Assembly: GCA_043228905.1 (NCBI GenBank)
Contig: JBHGNT010000004.1
Location: 4,836,001-4,900,000 of the forward strand
Direction: 5' to 3'
Length of the DNA: 64,000 nt
DNA from: Azolla caroliniana
Lineage: Eukaryota > Plantae > Polypodiophyta
The notes under the pieces were generated by a model. That model was given only the letters and a program-made list of their open reading frames with translations, was not told the origin of the DNA and made no database searches. Each line of letters opens with the position of its first letter. The first letter of the stretch is position 1. This document shows positions 40,201-50,370 of this stretch, in pieces. The position numbers and the translations under genes were made by a program.

Positions 40201-41895
40201 ATTATCAAAGTCAAATATGAGGATAGAATTCTAAGTTGTACCAAGGTGGGGTAAATATACTTAAGGAGAAAAGAAGAGGAATTGGCAATGTCTAAAAAAG
40301 ATATTCCCTATTAAAAGAGATTCATACCCAAAACAAAGATAAGAAAATTCAATGATGGGAGACAAAGGAATCCAATAAAGGAAATGGTTAACCATGGCCC
40401 TGTCATCGCACGCCCTTCCTTAGTTGAAACTATTGTCAAAAACTAAACCTAGATATATAAGCATTGAGGAAGTCACGAAGCAATCAATGTACTCTAAATA
40501 ATTGCAGTTCAAAAATAGCCATAAGATGACTTGTTGCACATAAAGCATAAACTTGTAAAAAGAATCCAATATTTTATTGGCCCTCAAATTCCATGACCAC
40601 CGAAAAGGGAGACTTTATGTGACTTGGCCATAATAGATGATGATGAAGCTACCGTTATGTACATTGTGGATAACAATTTCGCCATGAATGACAAACAATA
40701 AAGGAAAAAGACTATATAACACAATAGAAATCAATTGAGAACTTTTAGAAGAACTTTACCCCTAGATAAGTCTCCATATGGATTTCCAAGTATTGTTTTT
40801 CACCTTATTTATGCATGATAATCAACAAATTAGAGGAAAATCTTAACATGCCTTCAATTTCAATATGTCATTTTCCCCATCATGTCCACTCGTGCATCTC
40901 GTTGTTTTTTCAATAATGCCACAAGCCAACACAAGCAATTCATATATGATAATAGTGAAGTCATCATCAATGACTTTATGATTGCCATTCCCCATGAGTT
41001 TATATTGTCTAGATAAGTGAAACCTATGGCTTAAGGGAAAACATATTCTTTTGAATTAGTCATGTGTGTGAAATGTTGAGTGCTAAACAACCGTTGACAT
41101 GGGAAGATAATACATGAGACTATCGAATAAATGATAAATCTTAATATGTCACTTCTACATCTTATTGTGTGGACATAAAATTGCGACTAGTAAAGCTATG
41201 GCATTGTTCTACATGTTCATACTTACACTAACTTTTCTAGGACAATGCATAGCATTTATGCCATGATGCAAGAAGTTCACAAATAATTTTGATGCAAAAA
41301 AACGTAAAGAAGGCAAACACGAGCAATATATTTGATATGGTATATTACTACGAAATGTTTTTTATAGTTTGAGCTTGATGAATGCATGAGACTAGAAGAT
41401 TACATGGTGTTTGTATTCTGGACAAGCAAACATTTTAACTTTCCTTGCTTGGGGATCACTACATTGTCTACAAACAAGAGTTCGTATGCTTCCAATAGAT
41501 AACATCGTGGAAGCTTTGAGTGTCTGGAACAAGGTTAGTAGTAAATATCAGACATATGCATCCAGTTTTGATGACATTCGATCATAGCTAGTGCAGATTA
41601 ATGTTATTTCCCAGACTCCGCTTCGATTCGATGGAGTGACGTCGTCATCAAGTAAGATTGTGAGAGTTGGGAGTGGTAAGGTATATAATGTATATTATGT
41701 TGGGGCAATGTAATGATGGATGATAAAAAAATGCCAATGGGGTAAGCAAGTGGGGCTCCAATTAAAAGACAAGACAAAGTAGTAATGAAAATGCCATATT
41801 GGAATCACAGTCATGTAATGGTAGGTAAGCAAGGAATGGTCGAAGAGAGAGAGAGAGCCTTAATTCAGTTTGTAGAGTAGCCAAAAAAAGATTGT

Positions 41896-41926
<31 letters not shown>

Positions 41927-41994
41927 TGTTGCTGAGGTGGAGGGAGGCGACAAAGAAAGCAGGAGGGTATAATATCCGAGGTGGCAAAAGCGTT

Positions 41995-42017
41995 GCCACG
42001 TGGGATAAGCCACGTGC
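41995..42017. promoter_or_regulatory. G-box / I-box / G-box module upstream of the HD-Zip II gene
   Basis: GCCACGTGG-GATAAG-CCACGTG: CACGTG at 41997-42002 and 42011-42016, GATAAG at 42004-42009. About 1.45 kb upstream of the ATG. Confidence 0.6.
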
Positions 42018-42449
42018 CAGGAAGGGGGGGGGGGGGGGGGGTGAAGTTTGAACGAAGGTTTTCGTGGGGGTAAAAAAGGTCAAGGAGGAAGGAAGGGAAC
42101 AAAAAGAGACTGTTTTATTTTACATTTATGTTTATTATTGTTTTGGGTTTTAAAAACACACAATAAATACGACACTTACTACAGCGACGACTACTACTAC
42201 TACTAATACTACTATGACGACTACGACTAATGATAGTGTGTGATATTAAATGATGGGGAGGCAATCGATTAATAATGGGATTGGGGGATGAGGGGGGGGG
42301 GGCAATAATAATAATCATGATGAAGTAATGGGCAATAATAATGGTTAAATGGATAATAATGGGAATGGGGATCAGGAAGGCAAAAGAGAAAGAAGAACAA
42401 CCAACGAACGAGAAAGCAAAGCAGGGCAGGAAGTAGGAGGGGGGGCACA

Positions 42450-42501
42450 GACTGAATAAACCGACTGAATGAATAGACTGAACGAATAGACTGAACGAAT
42501 G
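42450..42501. repeat. Four-copy 13-bp tandem repeat (GACTGAACGAATA-like)
   Basis: gactgaataaacc gactgaatgaata gactgaacgaata gactgaacgaatg. Confidence 0.8.
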
Positions 42502-43149
42502 AATGAATGAGTGAAGGGGGCAGGCAGGCAGGAAGTAAAAGTATGTAGTAGATACACGGATTGGACATAGCGAATAAGAGGACCGCCCATAAAAAAGAAG
42601 AAGAAGAAACAGAGACTTTTTTTGGGGGGGGGGGGGGGGGTAAAAAGAAAGAAAGAAGAAAAAGTAAAGGAGACGGAAGGAGATGATGGGTGGTAATCAC
42701 AAAAGGGAAGGGAAGGGATCTGGCGGGATTCGAACCCTGGGTCACACGCGCGCAAAAACAGGGGAGAGAAAGGCCGCAGTAAATGAGAGAGAGAGAGAGA
42801 GCGCTTCATGAGATCATCTTCCTTCCAACAGTTATTATTATCATCAATCACTCTTTTTTTTTTTACTTTCTCACTTATTCATTCATTCATTCATTCATCT
42901 GTCTCTCAGATCTCTCTCTCTCTCTCTCTACCCACACACACACACACACACATGTTATGCTGATGATGATGATGAGGATCATCATCATCCTCATCATCAC
43001 AATAATATTAAGGCATCAAAATAAATAAAAATAATCCCGATAATTATTTATTTTTTTATTAGGGAAAAAAAAAACCACACTAAATGGCGGAAAATGTTTT
43101 TTAAAAAACAGAAAAGAAAACCAAACAAATTCGTCAAAATTCCGTCTCA

Positions 43150-43203
43150 TTTATATATAGAGCTTTTTCTTTCCTAAAAATTCTGTGTCCCCCCCCCCCC
43201 CCC

Positions 43204-43243
<40 letters not shown>

Positions 43244-43270
43244 GTCTCTTCTTCTTCTTCTTCTTCGTTC
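43150..43270 (+). promoter_or_regulatory. Putative core promoter of the HD-Zip II gene (TATA + Y-patch/GA-repeat)
   Basis: TATATATAG at about 43152, followed by C15, (CT)n and (CTT)n. No ATG between here and the start codon at 43469. Confidence 0.55.
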
Positions 43271-43468
43271 TGCAGAGGAGCGAAGAGCAGGCGGCTACTT
43301 CCTGCTGCTTTCTTCTCTTTCTCTGTACTCTGTTTAATCATCATCTATTTAATCATCTTCTGTTTAATCCTCTGTTTCTATCTATAACCTCTGTTTACTC
43401 CGCCCGCCCTTCTTCATTACGCTGCCGCTACCTCTGCAGAGTTATCTCCTGCTCCCCCGCCATTAACA

Positions 43469-43827
43469 ATGCAGAGCTCTACGCCTCCCAACCAGCCGCG
43501 CCATCGCCATGACCACCAGCACCAGAACCAGCACCAGCACCACCATCTCCGCCAGCACGATAACCTCCGCCTGGGGCTGGACACGGATCCATCAAACCCT
43601 AGCACCTCCCTCGGCCTCTCCCTCCATAACCCTAATCCAAACCCTGCTCCATCAAGCTCCCTCTCCATCACCCATCATGGAAGCATCATCAGCAACCATC
43701 CCTGCAATGCACAGCTCCCATCCTGGGCAGCATTTCATCCCCACAACCATAACCCTTCCTCTCCCTCCCACACACAGGCCATGCCGCTTCCCAATCGCTC
43801 CTCCACTTTCCCTCCTACCTTGTCTGT

Positions 43828-43859
<32 letters not shown>

Positions 43860-44629
43860 GGCCGAGCGGCAGTCATCTCATGAATCTTTCCTCTTCTCGA
43901 TTTGATGATCATCCCCCCACCACCACTGCAGGCGATTCTTCTTCCGCCTCTGCACCTCCTCCATTGATTCCTCTCGAGCTCCTTCCCCTCCGCCCTTCTA
44001 ATTCTTCCACCTCAATGCCTACTCCTACTCTCCCCTCACATTCGGCTCCTCAATCTGCAGCTTCATTCTTCTGGCCTCCTCCTCCTCCTCCTCCATCCAT
44101 GCCAGTGCCATCGCCTCTTCCCAACCCTGCGCCATCGCCATCGCCATCGCCATCGCCATCGATTCCTTCCCAAGCCGCCATGCCTGCCATGTTCTCTTCA
44201 TCAGCACACATGCCCTTTCCATTGAACAATCTCATCTCTCCCTCCAGCCATTCTCCATCGCCATCGCTGTCTCCTTCCCCTTCTCCGAAGCTCATGCTTC
44301 GTCGAGGTCTGGATATGAATCAGCCTCCTCAGTACCTTGGTGGCGATCAGGAGGACGCAAGCTTGGACCTCGATTATGCAGGCGAGATTGGGCGGACATC
44401 AGAATCAAACAATTGTTTGAATCTGAAGCGTGATCGCGAGAGGTCGGATGGGGTTCTCTCAGACGGCGCTGAGCATGAAGACAGGACATGCGAGGTGAGC
44501 TCCAGAGGCAGCGATGAAGACATGGATGTCGGCGGTGGAAGCAGCCGAGCTAGGAAGAAGCTCCGCCTTACCAAGGAGCAATCGACGCTCCTGGAAGAAA
44601 GCTTCAAGGAGCACAGCACCTTAAATCCA
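43469..44629 (+). CDS. HD-Zip II exon 1 (EAR-type motifs, Pro/Ser-rich region, homeodomain helix 1)
   Basis: Open frame of 387 codons ending HSTLNP before the GTAAGT donor at 44630. The start is the first ATG after the putative TATA. An unseen in-frame intron cannot be excluded. Confidence 0.9.
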
Positions 44630-46203
44630 GTAAGTTAGAGATCATTCTCTCGTGGTGATCTCAAAATTAGGGTTTCTCGAACTGGTTCATGCAGCTAAGT
44701 TGAAACTAGCTAGGCATTGCATTAGCGTCGATTGTTATTCAAGGTGGAGCCTGTCCAACTACGTGCTCTGTTTAGATACCTGCCTGTCTTCCATGGAAGT
44801 TTCCTGTTTCTGTGTGATTAGGTTTATCCCTGCGAGTTCGGATTGTGGTGTATTTGCATTTCACATAGCTAGATATGGTGTACCTCTCTGATAGGGGATG
44901 TTTTGTGCCATTCTGGGCTAGTTATACTGAGAGGCGGCGATTGATCTAAATCAGGGAATCCCAACTGTTCATTGATATACGCTTCTTCTGTAGGGAAGTT
45001 CGGAGAGAGCAGAGATGCCGGTCTGGCCTTTCATTTCTGTTTACTTCATCATTCCTTAATCGTATTGCCCCGTACAGGTTCCAGTCAATCCAGTCAATTT
45101 CACAGCCAGCACAAGCTAGAATGATTTCATCTGAGTAGATAGGGGGAGAAGTTAATGACTGAAAGAATCTCAGAAGTGTTTTTGGTTTCATATTATCCCA
45201 GTTAATCTGTATCATAATGAGTTTCTGCTTAATGATGTGTATTTGAATGCCATGGGCGTTCTCTTCTGTGAGATTAGGAGCCCATATCGGGTTGTAAATT
45301 TGTGTGTGATATATATGTATCTAACAGGTCATTAATTCTGTGCGTTCTGCTATCTGAAATGGCAGAAGCAGAAGGCGGAGCTGGCGAAGCAGCTGAGCTT
45401 GAGGCCTCGGCAAGTGGAGGTGTGGTTCCAGAACCGGCGAGCGAGGTAAGCAAGCAGAAGGAAAACCATTCATCGATCATCTGTGTGATTTCCTGAAAGA
45501 GATCGGTTGTTAGATTATACAGAAATTAAGCTTCGATTCTCTTGATTTGATGATCTGTCTAATTGTGTTTATTAATCCTGTTTTCTGTAGGACGAAATTG
45601 AAGCAGACGGAGGTGGATTGCGAGCTCTTGAAGAGGTGCTGCGAGTCGTTGACGGAGGAGAACCGGCGGCTGCAGAAGGAGGTGGCGGAGCTACGGGCCA
45701 TGAAGGTTGGCCCACCGTGCGTGATAGCCCGGGACCTCTACATGCCTCTCCCGGCTGCTACGCTCACGATGTGCCCGTCCTGCGAGCGCCTTGCGACCCA
45801 TACCTCTTCCGGCCCGGGTACTGGCCCGGCCATTCCACCCAATTCCGCCGCCCCCCCGCCCCAATCATCCCCAAGAGAGAATCAACACCAACAGAGCTTC
45901 AACCACATGATGGCCGCAGCAGCTAGCAACCTTAAAGCTGCGTTGCATAGCACACCTCCATCCCCGTCAAACCCTAATCATTCCTCGGTTAACCCCATTG
46001 CCATGAGCAATGGCAATTCGATTAACAGCACCAATCACAACAATAGCAGAAGTAGTAGCCCGAACCCGGCAATGGCCGCGGTGCCTGTCCCTCCTCCTAC
46101 GACCACCACAACGACGACGACAGCCTCCAACTCATCGAATCCGGCCCATTTTGCTCAATACCGTTTCTCGCAACCTCCACCCCTGCACTCGGCCGCGTGT
46201 TGA
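43469..46203 (+). CDS. Class II homeodomain-leucine zipper transcription factor (HD-Zip II; ATHB2/HAT/C2HDZ family), join(43469..44629,45366..45445,45591..46203), 617 aa
   Basis: Spliced product reads [26 protein letters not shown]|[27 protein letters not shown]|[38 protein letters not shown]...[10 protein letters not shown]. Both introns are GT-AG at the conserved HD-Zip II positions. Exons sum to 1161+80+613=1854 nt. LxLxL motifs LRLGL and LGLSL, ZIBEL-like RGLDMNQPP, and SSRGSDED are present. Confidence 0.96.
45366..45445 (+). CDS. HD-Zip II exon 2 (homeodomain helices 2-3)
   Basis: 80 bp, between GGCAG and GTAAGC, encoding [26 protein letters not shown](R). Not shown in this frame by the ORF track. 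Confidence 0.96.
45591..46203 (+). CDS. HD-Zip II exon 3 (leucine zipper, CPSCE motif, low-complexity tail)
   Basis: TTTTCTGTAG acceptor, [11 protein letters not shown]...CPSCER, and the family-typical SAAC* ending. Confidence 0.95.
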
Positions 46204-47752
46204 GAGATGCCAATGAAGTGAGCTACTAATCTAATTTTCCACTGTCTTGCAATCCAAAGTCCTGTCTCCTCTTTCACTCTGTCTCAGTTTGTCGCTCTCT
46301 TTTGTGGGCTCATGAGCAGGTCCCATGTCTTAGAAGACAAGGCAAGATCTAGCCATAGCTCTAAATCATCACCATCTTGCCTAACATACTATACATTACA
46401 TACATACAGAATAGATAACATATATATATGTGTGTTCCTCGTGTGTGTAGGAATGCATATATATATTGAGAGAGATAGAGATACATATCCAAAATCCATG
46501 TGTTATTTTTTTGTCTGTTGAGTAGTCCATCCTCTCTCCGAAATCGAAACGCTAAACTAATTGTTTGACGCCAAAAACCCTAATTTGTAATTTTGCTAAA
46601 CCTTGGATGATGGCCAAATATTATATATACGCGTTATATATCCTTCCTACAAATATATCTCAAGCTAAAAGGCAGAAAGGTTATTATTATTATGATCGAA
46701 GGTTATTGTACATAAACTTGGGCTTATGTGAAGATCAAACAATGAATGCTCTATTTTATATGCAATGTGGTTGTCGTGGGTGTAGCCCTAGTAATGTAGT
46801 TTGTCGATTTTGTTCTATGTAAGAACCTGTCCCACTTCCTAGTAATGTAGTTGTTAAGTTCGACGTGTAAATCTGTCCCACTTGTTATGTGTCTGTTGCT
46901 TCCATTTGCCTTGTTTCGGTTTCTAGCTTCTTTTGCTAATAATGATATAGATCAACTTACGTTCTGATTGTTGTTTCTCTATTATGAGAGACAATAACTG
47001 ATGACTCAGGGCTTCGTGTGTTTGCACGTAATGGAATTTTGTAGTTTGGTTTTGGTGTGGTTTGAAAAGATCTTGCAAGGATTAAGTCATTGTCCTCATT
47101 GAAATTTATGTGTTCACCCTCCCTCTATAAATATCAGCTTCTTGATATAGTGACCATGATGTGGAATGTCTTTGAAGTGTCATGTTCTTTCGTTTGACCT
47201 TGTTCTTGTATGTGAATATTAATACATTTCCTTTGGTTTTATGGGAATTTTATCAAGGCTTTTTGTTGGTTGAGTCTTGATTAGCAATTATGTAACTCCA
47301 AAGTTTTAGAACCTCTAGGCTCTAGTAAATTTGAGGGATTAGAACACGTTGGAAAAGAATGCTAGGGATCAAGACGATTTGCAAGGAGATTAACCTGTTG
47401 ACATTCATGAATTAAGTAGTAATTTGCACGTTTTTCTCACAACAATTTCTTGTTCCTCTCCTTGAATTTGTCCTTTAAGAGGCTATTTCGGCCTGCCCAA
47501 TACGCACAATTTACCATGATAAGTATGGATCTCACCAAATCACTTCCAAGGAACGAAGAAATCCAGAATTGATGGTTTGCAAAATTGTTGACTTTAACCA
47601 ACTTGATTACTAGCCCTACAAACACTCAGAGGTGGAATTTGTCTTGTGGCAAGGATACAATCAAAGTATTTCAACTAGTTTGAGTACGTCAACGAGTACC
47701 GATTGTGTAAGGTGAACATGAAAGGGAAGGGGCTAACCATAAACTTTGTTTG

Positions 47753-47872
47753 TGTTACGGGAATGACCATATAATATCCCGTGGTAAGATTGTACCATAG
47801 TATTCTATACACATGGATAAAGTACTATGATACAATCTTACCAAGGGATATTATATGGTCATGCTCGTAACA
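47753..47872. repeat. 120-bp near-perfect inverted repeat with TG...CA ends
   Basis: 56-bp arms (47753-47808 and 47817-47872) match at 50 of 56 positions, with an 8-nt loop. Flanks GTTTG / ATTTG. Confidence 0.9.
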
Positions 47873-48426
47873 ATTTGGGCTACCATTACCAATGTTTTAC
47901 CAGTCCCGACCTAGGAACAAACATCAATGTTGACCCTTGGGCTACTTAGGCGTAAGTTTGTTAGCAAACCTAGACTTGGGGCTCGATAGGCTAACATGAA
48001 GTACATAGAGCACATGACCATTTGACGACTTTGTGATAGAACCACTCAAGAGAAGCCAAATAGCTAAGCTTTGTTAGATTCTTGTAGTCATGCTCAAAGA
48101 TATTTGGTTAACCTTGTAAGACAATGAGGCATGATGATGTCTCAAAAAGCTTCTGTACCACACATCTTTTTTCCATGTCCAAGTAAATCAACTCAATGGT
48201 GTCATTGTGTTGGCCGCTTGAATTTTTGGTGCTTTTCTCTCTTTGTTCATGCCACATATCTCAATGGATATTTGCATCACGAATTTGAATTGTATTTCTT
48301 TGACTACCAAAATTTATTGTCTACCACACCTTGTAGACAGATAATGGGCATAATGCAAAACCTAACATGATTGGGAGCATTAGGCGGTGTCTCGGTTTTT
48401 GGAAAAACCCAACTAGGACCGGGACA

Positions 48427-48778
48427 TAACCCAATGGATCCACCCAACACATTGTGGGTGTTAGCATGTTGGACAACATGGAGGAGGTTGAAATTCAAGT
48501 GCAAGTCAACTCTCTTTTTGGGATTGACATGTTGTTGTAATTGTTTGCTCAAAATCGTTGACGTTGTCCTATGGTTGCCACTAAAGTATAGTCAAACTCT
48601 CTACCCAACTAGGACCATAGTGTAACCCAATGGATCCACCCAATACATTGTGGGTGTCAACGTATTGGACAACATGGAGGTGGAAATCCAAGTGCAAGTC
48701 TAACCATTACATGGGATTGACATGATGTTAGTGTTTCTCAAAACCATCGAAGTTGTCCTATGGTTGCCATTATAGTAT
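48427..48778. repeat. Two-copy tandem repeat, period about 196 bp
   Basis: TAACCCAATGGATCCACCCAA.ACATTGTGGGTGT...TTGGACAACATGGAGG...GTTGTCCTATGGTTGCCA starts at 48427 and 48623. Confidence 0.85.
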
Positions 48779-48859
48779 CGACGCACTAGTGCTCCCAATC
48801 AGTAAGCCCATTAACCCTAAAATAAGGAATGGCTCTTTAGAAGATGCCACTCAATCTGG

Positions 48860-50370
48860 ACTTCATAAAGAATGGGAAGTTTGTGGTATGGGCCAATAAC
48901 CGATGGAAGCTAAATTGGGTTGTGAACACGAATGCTTTTCGTCTTGCCTTCACCCCGACTCTATCATGGATATAGTTGAAAGTGATGAAATTTATAGTTT
49001 TGGGTATGGCTTCAACGACTATAATCAAGTAATCCCAATGGCATAAGATCAAAGAGAGAATTGTGCTCATCACCACATGGAGTGACATTGTGCCCATGTC
49101 ATGATGGTGGGATTGAATACTATTATGACTATGTTCCAAAGAATTGGCTATTGTCAAAAAGTTTGAACATGTCATACTTAGTGTTGATGCAACCTTTTTT
49201 TATGACTTTAAGGTGTTTAATATGAATAGGACCATTAACACCACCTCACTTAAAGCATGAAGAAGTGTTGTGCGGAGTGTCTTAGTCTCAACCCTGCCGA
49301 ATATGCATTCATGGTGTTAGGACATATCAATAGTGAGGAGGGCATCTCCTTTTTTCCTAGCAAAGAGCATGCCATCTTGGACATTCTTGCATTCAACAAT
49401 GGCAAGTCTTGGACTTGTTTTCTTGAATATATATTATGACACAAGAGAATGTTGTGATACCTTGTAGATTTCATGAGACATCTACTATGCTTAGGAAAAT
49501 GGCTTGATGGAATCCACAAACAAGCTTTAGATGACTGAAGAAAGTTTTCAATGAGAATAAAATGGATTGGGATGAGGAAATCCAAGATGCATGCTAGACT
49601 TATTGGATAATTTCGAAAACCAACATTGGTGATGGTAAACTCCAAGTTGGAACCCCCAATAATCACTTTGCATTGAAGTCTATTAATGACTATCGTATCA
49701 AGCCTTACTGTGGCACTTGCAAGCAAACACATTTCCAAAAGATACCTTGGCAACGTTGATACCGAAAAACTCAACACCCAATTCCTCCTTCTGGATGTGT
49801 GAGTCCATGCATATCCCAAACTATAAGGTTACTATAGGGTTCATTCATGTAGATGAAATGGGGTCAATTCAATTTTAGTTTGGGTAGGTTTGCGATTGTT
49901 TTGTTCCATTTAAGGATCTCTTCAATGTTCATGAGCATAACTAGAATTTTGTTATTTCCTCTATGAATGGCATGTTATGCATATGTATAAGTAGCCTCCA
50001 TGCCTTGATGTTATCCCTAACGTTTAATAATAGTAAACGAGGCACATGCTACCATTCTCTCAAGATCCTCTCTATACCCCGCTTTGAGCACAATGTATTT
50101 GGGTGGCTAAGATATTGCCACACCCCCCATACTAGCTCCAAGATCATGAAGACCTTGCACATGCTATGCAATGCGATCGTTGAACATACCAAACTTGACA
50201 TAGAGACGTTGGTCGAATGCATCGGGCCACATTTCTTTCTTTTCTAAGAGACCTATACAAGATAAAAAAGGCAATGATAGGCTTCTTTGATAGGTTGTGA
50301 CTTTTTTTTATGTGTTGATGTGTTATTCCATTTGAAGTAGAAGGCCAACAAGTGATTGTTGGCTTAAGAA
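48860..50370 (+). mobile_element. Highly decayed, internally deleted Ty3/gypsy pol remnant
   Basis: RT-like EIYSFGYGFNDYNQV (cf. YSFLDGFSGYNQ) and LSLNPAEYAFMVLGHINSEEGI. Integrase-like NGLMESTNK and LKKVFNENKMDWDEEI across frameshifts. Boundaries approximate. Confidence 0.7.

Noticed and set aside
43417-44619. Several minus-strand and alternative-frame ORFs
   Set aside because: Shadows of the GC-rich, repetitive exon 1.
45302-45496. ORF-track 64-aa protein
   Set aside because: Wrong-frame overlap of HD-Zip II exon 2 plus intron sequence.
45547-45590. N-terminal part of ORF 45547-46203
   Set aside because: Intron 2 sequence. The real exon starts at 45591 after the AG acceptor.
49141-49260. 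MULE transposase-like SVDATF motif
   Set aside because: Lies colinearly between gypsy RT motifs, so it is better explained as decayed RT.
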